In this document: positions 11,203 to 22,209 of the stretch, one piece after another
Layout of the letters: every line of letters begins with the position of its first letter
Position numbering within the stretch: position 1 is the stretch's first letter
Source of the DNA: a virus
Lineage: Duplodnaviria > Caudoviricetes
DNA: 64,000 nucleotides
Direction: 5' to 3' (one strand)
IMG/VR virus record: IMGVR_UViG_3300026522_000023
Location: 1 to 64,000 of that record
Position numbers and translations under genes: made by a program
The notes under the pieces: generated by a model
Seen by the model: only the letters and a program-made list of their open reading frames with translations
What the model was told of the DNA's origin: nothing
Databases searched by the model: none

Positions 11203-11236
11203 AAGGGGTAGATTTATTAATAATCTACCCCTTTTA
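11203..11236 (+). terminator. Intrinsic terminator
   Basis: AAGGGGTAGATT-loop-AATCTACCCCTTTT. Confidence 0.8.
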
Positions 11237-11244
11237 ATTATAAT

Positions 11245-13475
11245 ATGCCTTATTTATTTTGTTTAATATCATTACTAATTGGCGGAGCGATTGTTTATTT
11301 TATTCTTTAGCCTAAAATAAAAAAAACTAAAGAATATGATTTAAACATTGAAAAATTAAATAATAATTTATACGCTGAAAAACAACAGCTAGAAAAAGTA
11401 ACTAAAGATTTACAAATTGAATTAGGGTCTTTACAAGGTAAAAGAGATGAAATTCAATCAAGTATTTCTGCTTTAGAATAGCAAGCAAAAGAATCGGCTG
11501 ATATTTTCTATCAAAAAAATATGGAATTAGCACAAACTAATTTAGATAAATCTTTAGAGAATGCTAGCAATTATTATAATGCTCAAGCAGAACAATACTA
11601 GAGTGATTATAAAAATATAATGGCGGATTGTGCGCAATCTATTTCTAATTTAATTGCTGAGAAAAAAATTGAATTAGATAAATTAGATAAAGCAATCCAA
11701 GAGCAATAGAAAAAAGTCGATGCTTCTGTTGAAGCAAGTAAGCGTGCCGAAGAAATTCGAGTAAAGAATGATTTTTATAGATTAGTTCTTCCAGTAGAGG
11801 ATTTAGATGAAATAAAAGAATTACATGAAGTAGGTAAGCATTTGCGCAATCCAGAGCCTCTTAATAAAGTTATTTGGAAATGTTATTATGAAAAACCTAC
11901 AACTGATTTAATTGGCCGTGTAATTGGATTAGGAGTCCATACTGGTATTTATAAAATTACAAATTTAAATAATAATATGTGCTATATAGGTTAGGCGGTC
12001 AATATTGGCCGGTGAAAAACTTTACCCAATTGCTGTTGGGGGTCTGCCGATTACCAAATTTTGGAAACGGCCGGCTAACGGGGAAAATTAGAAATTAATC
12101 AATCCCGTGGGAAACTTTGATTAATCCATCGTCTTTAAAAATTAAATATATATAGAAGGACGGTGGAAATAGCAATGATTACTAATATTAGCGATAAATT
12201 AAAAGTTTGTGGCATTTATAAAATTAATTATGATAATGGTAAAATATATATTGGATAGGCATTAAGCATTTGGTCTAGGGCCAATGAGCACAATTCTAAA
12301 AATATTCAGCCTTGTGATAAAGCATTAAAAAAGCATTAGGCGACGATAGAAATATTAGAAATTATTCAAGATATTTTATTATTAGATGACGTTGAAAGCA
12401 AATGGATTAATTATTATAATGCTACTGATAAAAACATAGGATATAATATTTTAAAAAATGGCAATGCTTCTGGGAAAAAAGGAGTAGATAATTGTAATGC
12501 TATTTTTAATTAGTCTCAAATTGATGAAATTGTAGATTTATTAATAAATAATACTAAATTATCTTATAAAGATATTGCTAATCAATATATGGTTAGTCAA
12601 AATACAATTTTAAATATTTCATAGGGATATACATATTTTAATTCTAATTTATCTTATCCTTTAAGAAAAAATAATCATGATTCAAATACAAAAGATAGTA
12701 TTTTAGACTATTTTAACAGCGAAAAAGATTTATTAGATTTAAAGGATGATTTATATTATAGATGGGATTTAAAAATTGAAAATGATTTAACTAAAAAGTA
12801 TAATGTTCCTTTAAAAATATTGAGACAAATTAATTAGGGAGATATTTTTAAAGATATTGGTAATTATAATTATCCTATTAGAAATAAAAATATTAGAAAT
12901 AATCAAAATTTTACTATTGATGATGTATTAAATATTCTATCAGATTTAAGAAATAGTAAAGAATCTATGACAAATATAGGTTTAAAATATAAAATTCATC
13001 GTAATACAGTTAGTAAAATTAATAAAGGAGAAGCATATATTATAAAAGATTATGATTATCCTGCTCGTTAATCAAAGAACCTGTATCGACTATCCCCCAG
13101 GTCTTCTGGGCGGGGGAGTAGGGCTGTTATTAGCACACAGTCGCATTTTAGGAAACGAAGTGCGTTAAATGCCGAAATGGTTTCCTGCCGAAACTCGGTT
13201 CAGCGATCGGCTGAACGGGAAACGGCAGTAAAAGATAGTCAGAATTATATTAAATAATTCGTAATATTGCTGACCGATGGAAATAGCATATTAAACGTGG
13301 AATAGGTGCGGAAACACCAACCCGCAATAAATTATATCCTGCTATGTTGGCTATTGGAGTAGAAAATTTCAGCTTTGAAGTAATTGAGGAATGTTCTCGC
13401 GATTAGTTAGATGCTAGAGAAGATTATTGGCAAGATTATTTTAAAGCAAAAGAATTTGGTTATAGTATTAAGTAA
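11245..13475 (+). CDS. Membrane-anchored coiled-coil protein with a C-terminal GIY-YIG nuclease domain, split by a group I intron (exons 11245-11999 and 13262-13475)
   Basis: N-terminal TM helix (YLFCLISLLIGGAIVYFIL), long heptad-rich region, then GIYKITN..CYIGQAV|NIADRWKQH..LYPAM..GVENFSFEVIEEC..REDYWQ..GYSIK; missed entirely by the ORF track. Confidence 0.88.
12000..13261 (+). ncRNA. Group I self-splicing intron in the TM-coiled-coil-GIY-YIG gene
   Basis: P1 CGGU|CAA..UUGGCCG with U.G; same conserved cores as the gyrB intron; terminal G 13261; join GT+T gives Val and restores YIGQAVNIADRW. Confidence 0.92.
12175..13071 (+). CDS. Intron-encoded GIY-YIG homing endonuclease with HTH repeats
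   Basis: CGIYKINYDNGKIYIGQA..RANEH..E..WI..GYN; several TAG=Gln; flanked by the CTTTGATTAA/TTAATCAAAG stem. Confidence 0.88.
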
Positions 13476-13486
13476 AGGATAATTTT

Positions 13487-13768
13487 ATGTATAGAGTTAT
13501 TGATAAACGTGGTACAGGTAAAACTGGTAGATTATTTTTAATTGCTAAAGATACTAATGCTACTATTGTATGTTCCAACCCTGCTATGATGTAGGATAAA
13601 GCATTAAGATATGGATTTAAAGATTTAAATTTTATGTCTTATGCTGATTTTGTTAATCATTACCAAGGAAGAAGTTCAAATCAAAAATTTTTAATTGATG
13701 AAATTGAGGTTTTAGTCCGTGGACTTGGTAATGTAATTGGTTATTCTTTTTCGGAGGATGATGATTAA
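13487..13768 (+). CDS. Miniature P-loop NTPase-like protein (93 aa)
   Basis: KRGTGKT Walker A-like and FLIDE Walker B-like motifs; one TAG. Confidence 0.7.
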
Positions 13769-14397
13769 TGTCAATTGTAAATAATGTAAAAATTTATGAT
13801 TTAGATGAATGCCTTGTTGCTGCTGGATATCCAATGCGCACCGTCGCAGAATAGCATCCAGTAACAGAACAAGATAAAAATAGAGGTCTAAATTTAGTTA
13901 AAGCTACTAAAGATGGTAATACTGCTCATAGTCAATTTTTAACTGGCATTAGAGTTAATTTTGATTTAACTTGTAGTAATAAAATGTGGGTTGAAGCAGA
14001 GCGTTATAGATTCTTAGAATTTGTAAGTTCTCAATCTACAATGCATCGTATCACTAAATTTGATTTAGACCAAGCATATAATGGATATGTTGATAAACGC
14101 ATTATTGAAATTATGAAAGAAAAAGTCAAAGAATATAATGCGTTTATCGAAGTGCGGGAAGCGGCGAAAGGACATCCTGAAATAGTCGCTGAATTGAATA
14201 GAATACTAAAAGAAATGTATTTAGAGATTCTTTATTCTAATCCTGCTGGATTTACTCTAACTGCTCGTATGACTACTAATTATAGATGTTTAAGAAATAT
14301 TTATAAACAAAGAAAAGATCATAGATTACCTGAGTGGCGAGAGTTTTGTAAATGGATTGAGACTTTACCTTATGCTGAAGAATTCTTGATTAATTAA
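13768..14397 (+). CDS. thyX: Flavin-dependent thymidylate synthase ThyX-like
   Basis: HSQFL, EAERYRF..VSSQSTMHR, TTNYRCLRNIYKQRKDHRLPEWREF; divergent ThyX motif. Confidence 0.7.
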
Positions 14398-14404
14398 TCG
14401 TTAG

Positions 14405-14433
14405 TTGATTTTTCTTAATAAATATGTTATAAT
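14405..14433 (+). promoter_or_regulatory. SigA-type promoter
   Basis: TTGATT-17-TATAAT with TG. Confidence 0.75.
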
Positions 14434-14467
14434 ATTTATACAAGGTAAAGAAAGTGAGTAAAAATTA

Positions 14468-14830
14468 ATGAGTAAAAAATAGGAATTTGTAAAATTCGTT
14501 GAAGATTTAATTAATAATGCTGCTAATAATGGTATTCCAACAGAAATGAATGAAGACGCTGAACTTTATTGGAATGCGTTGAAAAGTGAAGAAGAAGTTG
14601 AAAAGCCATTATTCACTGATAGTGGTAAACAAATTCTTCAATGGATGAGAGACAATCAGGATCAAGTTATGGTTAAATCAAGAGATATTGCTGAAGGCTT
14701 GTTTATTTCAAGTCGAGCAATTTCTGGTTCAATGCGTAAATTGGTATCTGATGGATTTGTAGAAAAAGTGAGTCAAAATCCAATTGTTTATACTTTAACA
14801 GAAAAAGGTAAAAATATTGAAATTGTGTAA
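14468..14830 (+). CDS. Winged-helix (MarR-like) DNA-binding protein
   Basis: SRDIAEGLFISSRAISGSMRKLVSDGFVEK..YTLTEKG; start extended through a TAG at codon 5. Confidence 0.8.
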
Positions 14831-14852
14831 TTATTAAGGAGAAAAATAATTT

Positions 14853-15785
14853 ATGAAGAAAACTATGGAAAATGTAACTCATATTGAAGGTATTTTGTAT
14901 GAACATAATTTGGAATCAAAGGTTTCTGGACCTAATTCTAAGACTCCTGGCACTCCTTTTATTTCTGGTACTATTAGCATCGCTACTGATGATGCTTTAA
15001 CTAATATCGTTCAAGTTCATTTTACTTATGTAACTCCTACAACTTCTAAGGGAAGTGCAAATGCCACTTATACTCTTCTTCAGAATATTATTGATGGCTT
15101 AGTAGGTACTTATATGAAGGATGGCGCTGATAAGGCTGCTAAACTTCGTGTTGATTCTGCTATTGGTTTGAATGAGTTCTATTCTGATCGTAATGGTAAG
15201 TCAGAACTTGTTAGCACTAAGCGCAATGAAGGTGGATTTGTTCATCTAACTAATACTTTAGCAGAAGATGAAAAAGTAAGAAATACTTTTAAGTGTGATA
15301 TGGTTATTACTGGTGTAACTCATATTGATGGTGATGAAGAAAAGAAACTTCCTGAGAAGGTAATTGTTAAGGGAGCAATTTTTGATTTCCGTAAAGCTTT
15401 ATTGCCAGTTGAATTCTCTGCTACTAATCCAGGGGCTATGGCTTATTATGAAGGACTTGGTGCTTCTAACTCAGAACCAGTATTTACTAAGGTTTGGGGC
15501 CGTTAGGTATCTGAAACTATTGTGCGTGAGATTCGTGAAGAGTCTGCTTTTGGTGAAGATAATGTTCGTGAAGTACAGACTACTCGTAAGGACTTTGTAA
15601 TTACTGGTGGCGCTAAGGATCCATATCCTTGGGATGACGAAGAATTCTTGACCGCAAAGGAATTAACTGATGCTATGACTCAGCGTCAGACTTATCTTGC
15701 TACTATTAAGCAAAGACAAGATGAATACAAGGCGGCTAAAAATGCAAGCATCGCTGCTCCTGCTCCCGGTGGATTTAATTTTTAA
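14853..15785 (+). CDS. Putative single-stranded DNA-binding protein (tandem OB-fold type)
   Basis: Joined across TAG 15504; beta-rich, ends GGFNF; sits next to the Sak4-like ATPase. Confidence 0.65.
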
Positions 15786-15941
15786 TAAATAGCCAATAGA
15801 TGATGGCCTCTAGAGAGGTCTTCATGCTAAACTAAATATATTATATGATGATGATGTTTTGTTAAGTAAAGAAGAAATAGATAAATTACTAAATGAATAT
15901 TGTAAATTATTTGAATTGGAGAAAAAGGAGAAAATTAAATA

Positions 15942-16931
15942 ATGGCTATTAATCTGTTAGGCCTTACCCCTCATAAGGTTAGTCGTGATCTTTCTGGATA
16001 TATTACTTATATCTATGGTGCTGAAAAATCTGGTAAAACTACTTTTGCCTCTCATATGCCTTCAGCATTGATTCTTGCTTTTGAACGAGGATATAATGCT
16101 TTACCTGGTGTATTAGCACAGGATATTACTTCTTGGGGCGATATGAAGCAAATTCTTCGAGAATTAAAAAAGCCAGAAGTAAAAGAAAGATTTAAGTCTA
16201 TCGCAGTTGATACAGTTGATATTGCTGGATAGTTCTGCGAAAAATATGTTTGCGCATAGAATAGTGTAGATACTCTTTCTGGTATTCCTTATGGACAAGG
16301 TTGGACCCTTGTAAAGAAAGAATTTGAGGAAATGTTTAGAACTATTGCTCAGCTTGGTTATGCTGTCGTTTTTATTTCTCATAGTAAAGATAAGACTTTT
16401 AAGACTAAGACTGGCGTAGAGTATAATCAAATTATTCCTACTTGCCCTACTTCTTACAATGATATTGCTAAGAATATGGCTGATATTTATGCTTATGCTG
16501 AGAAATATACTGAAAATGGTGAAGCTAAAGTTCGTTTAATCCTACGTTCTGTTGATAACAGTGCTGAAACTGGTTGCCGTTTTAAGTATATTGTTCCTTC
16601 TATTGAATTTTCTTATGAAAATTTGGTTAAGGCATTGAATGATGCTATTGATAAGGAAGCTCAGATGTATGATAATAAATTCGTTACTGATCAGCGTGAA
16701 GCAACTTCTATTGCTAAGAATTATGATTATGATGCTTTAATGGCTGAATTCCAGCAATTAGTTGGTGATTTAATGGCAAAGAATTCTGAGTATTATGCTC
16801 CTCGTATTACAAGAGTTATTGAAAAGTATCTTGGTAAGGGTAAGAAAATTTCAGAAGCTACAATGGATCAGGCAGAGTTCATTAGTTTAATTATTAATGA
16901 GATTAAGGAAGAATTAGTTCCTCAGTCTTAA
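15942..16931 (+). CDS. AAA_24/Sak4-like ATPase (annealing/recombination)
   Basis: IYGAEKSGKTT, IAVDTVD, VVFISH; TAGs read through. Confidence 0.8.
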
Positions 16932-16938
16932 TAAGATA

Positions 16939-16979
16939 GACCCAAGGCGAGATAAAAATCGCCTTGGGTTGATTTTTTT
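16939..16979 (+). terminator. Intrinsic terminator
   Basis: ACCCAAGGCGA-loop-TCGCCTTGGGT then a T tract. Confidence 0.8.
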
Positions 16980-16997
16980 ATTATTTTATGTTATAAT
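16969..16997 (+). promoter_or_regulatory. SigA-type promoter for the helicase/primase operon
   Basis: TTGATT-17-TATAAT with TG. Confidence 0.75.
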
Positions 16998-17032
16998 ATA
17001 TAAAAGAAGAATTTTATGAAAGGTGTGAATAT

Positions 17033-17560
17033 ATGGCTCATAAAGTAAAATGTATCTATTGTTAGCAAGTATTTGATAGAGATAAATATCCATATATTCA
17101 AGTATCTTCTAGACGGTATGCGCATCCTGCTTGCGCGCAAGCAGAGAATAAAAAAAAGCAAGAAGAAGAAAATGATAAAGAAAAATTTGAAAAATATGTA
17201 ATGAATTTACTTGATGAAACTTATATTAATGCTCGTGTGCGCAAATAGATGAATACATATATAGAAGATTATAATTACACTTATTCAGGAATGTTAAAAG
17301 CTTTAGTTTATTTTTATGAAGTAAAAGGTAATAGTAAGGCAAAAGCTAATGGTGGTATAGGAATTATTCCATATATTTATAAAGATGCTTATAATTATTA
17401 TTATAATTTATGGATGGCGCAACAGTCGAATCAAGGTAAAGTTATACAAGATTATGTACCAAAAGAAAAAGTGGTAACAATTCCATTACCAAAACGAATA
17501 CCTATGAAACGAAGATTATTTACATTCTTGGATGATAAGGAGAATTAGAGTGAGTAGTAA
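17033..17560 (+). CDS. Zn-finger protein upstream of dnaB (possible helicase loader/initiator)
   Basis: KCIYC...YAHPAC, GIGIIPYIY; read through TAGs. Confidence 0.7.
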
Positions 17561-20149
17561 ATATGTTGATTCGACTGCTATTATGTAGGTAATTGGTTGT
17601 GTTTTTAATACTCCTCAATTATTAGATTTAACTGATAAATATACTATAACTGATGAAGATTTTGTTGATCAATTTCATCGTATAATTTTTGGAGCTATTT
17701 ATAAGATTCATGAATTAGGAGCTGAAAAAATTACATTAGAAAATATTTCTGATTTTTTAGCAGATCGTCCTAAATATGAAGGAATTTATAAAGCTAACAA
17801 AGGTGAAGAATGGTTATTAAAAGTATCTGAAAATTCTAAAATTTTATCTTTTGATTATTATTATGGTCGTTTAAAAAAGATGTCATTACTTCGTGCTTAT
17901 GATAATTATGGTATTGATGTATCTTTTATATATGACCCTGATAATATCTTAGATGTTGAAAAAAAACAATTACAAGAAGAAAATTTAGATAACTCTACAT
18001 TGGAGCATATTGCGCAATTAGTAGATGATAGAATAGATGAAATCAAATATGAATATGTAAATAATGTAGAAGGTGTCGCTGTACAAGCAGGTACTGGAAT
18101 ATTTGATTTAATTGAATCTCTTAAAGAGCATCCAGAAGTAGGAAGCCCTCTATATGGTCCGTTAATTAATACAGTTACTCGTGGCGCCAGATTAAGAAAG
18201 TTTTATTTGCGATCTGCTGCTACTGGCGTTGGTAAAACTCGTTCTATGATTGCTGATGCTTGTAATATTGCTTGCAATAAAATATATAATGAAAATTTCG
18301 GTTGGATTAAAAATGGCGTTAGTGAACCAGTTCTTTATATCGCAACAGAACAAGATTTAAGTGAAATCCAAACAATGATGTTAGCTTTTCTTTCTAACGT
18401 GAATGAAGAGCATATTATAAATGGCTCATATGAAGGCGATGAAGAAGAAAGAATAATTCAAGCTGGCCAAATTATTGAAGACAGTCCTATTTACTTACGA
18501 GAATTACCTGATTTTTCATTACAAGATGTAGAAAATGAAATTAAAAAAGCAATTAGAGATTATGGAGTAAAGTATATATTCGACCCTATTTTAAAAGGGT
18601 GCGGGATAATGAAAAACTTTTCTCAGTTATCGCTGAGGGTCAATAATTAAAAATATAATTATTGGCTAACGGGGAACCCTAAACGAAAACGCATGGGAAT
18701 CCCGTGGGAAACTTTGAACGAAACTAGTCAAATAACTTCTGACTTCTTTCATATAAAAATGAAGGAAGTGATAAAATGGGAATTATTTATTGTTATACTA
18801 ATAAAATTAATGGTAAAAAATATATAGGTCAAACCATTAATCCACAATTGAGATATAACGCTCATAAAAGCAATTACCAAAATCCCAACCATACAGAATA
18901 CAATTCATTAATACATAAAGCATTTCGTAAATATGGATTTAATAATTTTACTTATGAAGTATTAGTAAAAGACATTGATGATATAAATGTATTAAATGAA
19001 TTAGAAATATACTATATTAAAAAGTTTAATTGTTAGACACCAAATGGTTATAATGTTGAGGCTGGCGGTAAAAATTGTACTAAGCCAAAAACATTAGAGC
19101 ATCGCAAAAAAGAGATTTGGGGTCAAGCAAAACTAACCGAAGAAGAAGTTATTGAACTACGAAAAGCATATCGAGATAAAAAAAGTCCGACTGAAATATA
19201 TAATAAAAAGTATAAAAATAGATTACATTATAATTCTTTTTTAAATATTTGGGTTGGAAAAAGATATAGCTTAATTATGCCAGAAGTATTTCAAAGTGGA
19301 CGCCATACAAAATTAACTGCTGAAACTGTAAAAGAAATAAGAAAAGATAGAGAGCAAACTAATCTTTCTTATGATAAATTAGCAGAAAAATATGGGGTAT
19401 CAAAAGGAACTATTGCTGATATAATTAAACGTAGGACTTGGAAAGATGTTTAAAGAACCTGTATCGACTATCCCCTAGGCCTTCTGGGCGGGGGAGTAGG
19501 GCTACTATTGATACGTAGTCGCATTTTAGGAAACGAAGTGCGTTAAATGCCGAAATGGTTTCCTGTTGAAATTCGGTTCAGCGATCGGCTGAACGGGAAA
19601 CGGCAGTAAGAGATAGTCAGCGTTCATAGAAATATGAAAGAAACGTGCCACGATTATATCCATACAAGTATGAAAATTTTAGAAGAAATTACTAAACGAA
19701 GTGGTGGAGTTAAATTGCGTGAAGATAATATTCTTTTTATGTTATCAACTCGATTAAAAGATATTTGTAATCAATATGGAGTATTTATTATGTCTGCTAC
19801 ATAGCTGAATGGTGATTATGTAGATTCTAAAACTCCTGATCAAAATCTGCTTCGTGGCGCAAAATCTATTGCGGATAAAATTGACTATGGTTCAATTTTA
19901 TTAAATGTTCAAGATGATGATTTAATTGCTCTAAAAGATATATTAAGTGCTAATTTATTTGATACTCCAACTATTAAAATGTCTGTTTATAAAAATAGAC
20001 GAGGTAGATATAAAGGAATAATTTTATGGTGTAAAGCAGATTTAGGTGTATGTAGAATTACTCCTATGTTCTGTACTACTTATAATTATGAACTAGTACC
20101 TATTGATGATATGAGAATTATGATTGATGAAGAAGAGAGTGCGTTCTAA
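17550..20149 (+). CDS. dnaB: DnaB-like replicative helicase, split by a group I intron (exons 17550-18580 and 19648-20149)
   Basis: GTG start; SAATGVGKT Walker A; splice restores Walker B YIF|HDYIH; SATQLN (TAG 19802), LRGAKSIADKID, YKNRRG. Confidence 0.92.
18581..19647 (+). ncRNA. Group I self-splicing intron in dnaB
   Basis: Exon ends in U (UAUU|C pairing with GGAUA); conserved cores; P7 GACTAT/ATAGTC; terminal G; frame restored. Confidence 0.9.
18776..19453 (+). CDS. Intron-encoded GIY-YIG homing endonuclease
   Basis: GIIYCYTNKINGKKYIGQT..RYNAH..ELEIYYI..NGYN; AKLTEEEVIELR repeats; TAG 19034 read through. Confidence 0.92.
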
Positions 20150-20212
20150 CTGGTCAGAATTCATTAAAATGCTCTCCATTTCTTTTAAAATAAAAGAAGG
20201 AGATGAAAGTAT

Positions 20213-20920
20213 ATGGTTGATTTAACCGGTCAAGTTTTTAATAGATTAACAGTATTAAAATTAGATACAGAACGAAAATCAAAAAATAAATACTGGATTT
20301 GTCAGTGCGATTGTGGAATTATTAAAAGTATTTAGCAAAGCAATTTAACATCAGGATTGACTCAGTCTTGTGGATGCTTACATAAAGAAAAAGTTTCACA
20401 TAATTTAATTGGTCAAAAATTTGGTAAATTAACAGTTATAAAAGATACTGGAAAACGTACTAATAGTAGAAATATTATTTGGGAATGCCAATGCGATTGT
20501 GGAAAAATAATAGAAGTACCTACAAATAATTTAAAATAGAATAATACTATGTCTTGTGGGTGTATGAAACAATCTCATGGTGAATATTTTATTGAGAATA
20601 TTCTTAAAATAAATAATATTAAATATAAAAAAGAATATGTTTTTCTTGATTTATTATCCCCTAAAAATGGATATTTAAGATTTGATTTTGCTATTTTAGA
20701 TGATTAGAATAATGTAAAAAAATTGATTGAATATGATGGAAAAACACATTCAATGAGTTATATAGGTGGATGGAATACAAAAGAAAAGATTGAATATTAG
20801 TAGCTATGTGACAAATTAAAAGATAATTACTGTAAAATTCATGGTATTCCATTGCTTAGAATTTCATATTTAAATAAAGAAAATGATGAATTAGAAAAAT
20901 TAATTTTATAGGGAGATTAA
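20213..20920 (+). CDS. Free-standing putative homing endonuclease: two Zn-ribbons + PD-(D/E)XK domain
   Basis: Two WxCQCDCG..SCGC units, LRFDFAI..LIEYDGKTH, YCKIHGIPLLRISY; same family as 9949-10527. Confidence 0.85.
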
Positions 20921-20922
20921 TT

Positions 20923-21105
20923 ATGAATAAGAAAGAAATTATTGGTGGAACTATTGAATATAAAATGCCTAAAGAAATGGCTAATATGTATTTAAAGACT
21001 GCTAAAGGAGAGTTTGCTAAAAAGCATCCTCAAGAATACCTTATTAAGGTAGTTAATGAAGAATTCGGCGTTAAAGGCACTTGTATTAATGTAATTACAT
21101 TCTAA
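20923..21105 (+). CDS. Hypothetical protein (60 aa)
   Basis: GGGAG RBS; coupled to the primase start. Confidence 0.65.
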   Translation: MNKKEIIGGTIEYKMPKEMANMYLKTAKGEFAKKHPQEYLIKVVNEEFGVKGTCINVITF

Positions 21106-22208
21106 TGATAGTATTTGATAAATTAGAAATAAGACAAGCATTAACTCTTGATAATATTTTTGATTTATTAATTGAATGGGGTGGAGATCCTGAATATACT
21201 GATTTTGGGATAGTCTCCACCACCATTTGTCATAATCATCCAGGTGAAGGTAGCCGTAAATTATATTATTATGATAATACAAGATTATTTAAGTGTTACA
21301 CTGGATGCGATTCTACTTTTGATATATTTGAATTGTGTTCTAAGATTATGAATATTCAATTTGCTGAAACATTTGATTTAAATGATGCTGTTTTATGGAT
21401 AGCTCGCAGATTTGGGTTATCAGGTATGGTTAAAGATGATAATGAAGGTAAAACTTTAGATGATTGGAAAGTTCTTTCTAATTATGCTAAAATTCAAGAA
21501 ATTGAATTAAAAGATAGTAGAACAACATTAAAAACTTATGATGATTCAATATTATCAAGATTAAATTATAAAGTAAAACTTACTCCTTGGTTAAATGAAG
21601 GAATTTCGCAAGAAGTCCTTACCAAGGCACATATAGGTTATTATCCAGGAGGAGATTAGATTACCATTCCTCATTATGATGTAAATGGTAATTTTATAGG
21701 ATTGCGCGGACGTACTATGTGTAAATCTGAAGCGGAAGTATATGGCAAATATCGTCCTATTAAAATTAATAATCAATTATATAATCACCCTCTTGGACTA
21801 AACTTATATGGTTTAAATTGGAATAAACAAGTTATTAAAAAAATGAAGAAGGTAATTATTTTTGAATCTGAAAAATCAGTTTTGAAATATGCTACTTATT
21901 TTGGATGGAATAATAATATTTCAGTAGCTTGTTGTGGTAGTAATATTTCTTCACATCAAATTCAATTACTATTAGATTGCGGTGTAGAAGAAATTATTAT
22001 TGCTTTTGATAGATAGTTTCAGGCAATTGGTGATGATGAATTTAAACATCTTAAAATTAATTTATTAAAAACTAGAACTAAATATAAAAATTTTGTTACT
22101 ATATCTTTTATATTTGATAAAAATATGGTAACTCAATATAAAAATAGTCCAATAGATGAAGGAAAAGAAAAATTTCTTCAACTATTTAAAGAAAGGATTT
22201 TAATTTAA
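21105..22208 (+). CDS. dnaG: DNA primase (Zn finger + TOPRIM)
   Basis: TICHN..FKCYTGC, ITIPHYD..IGLRGR, NLYGL, IIFESEKS, IIIAFDRQ; TAGs at 21657 and 22014. Confidence 0.88.
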
Positions 22209-22209
22209 C

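Noticed and set aside
13185-13230. tRNA-like multi-hairpin with GGTTCAG (also at ~19565-19610) as a suppressor tRNA
   Set aside because: It lies within the intron core before the 3' strand of P7 and has no CUA anticodon arm or acceptor stem; better explained as a peripheral intron extension
15769-15942. Possible 57-aa ORF between SSB and the Sak4-like gene
   Set aside because: Open under code 15, but a GTG start without a clear RBS and no motif; too weak to call
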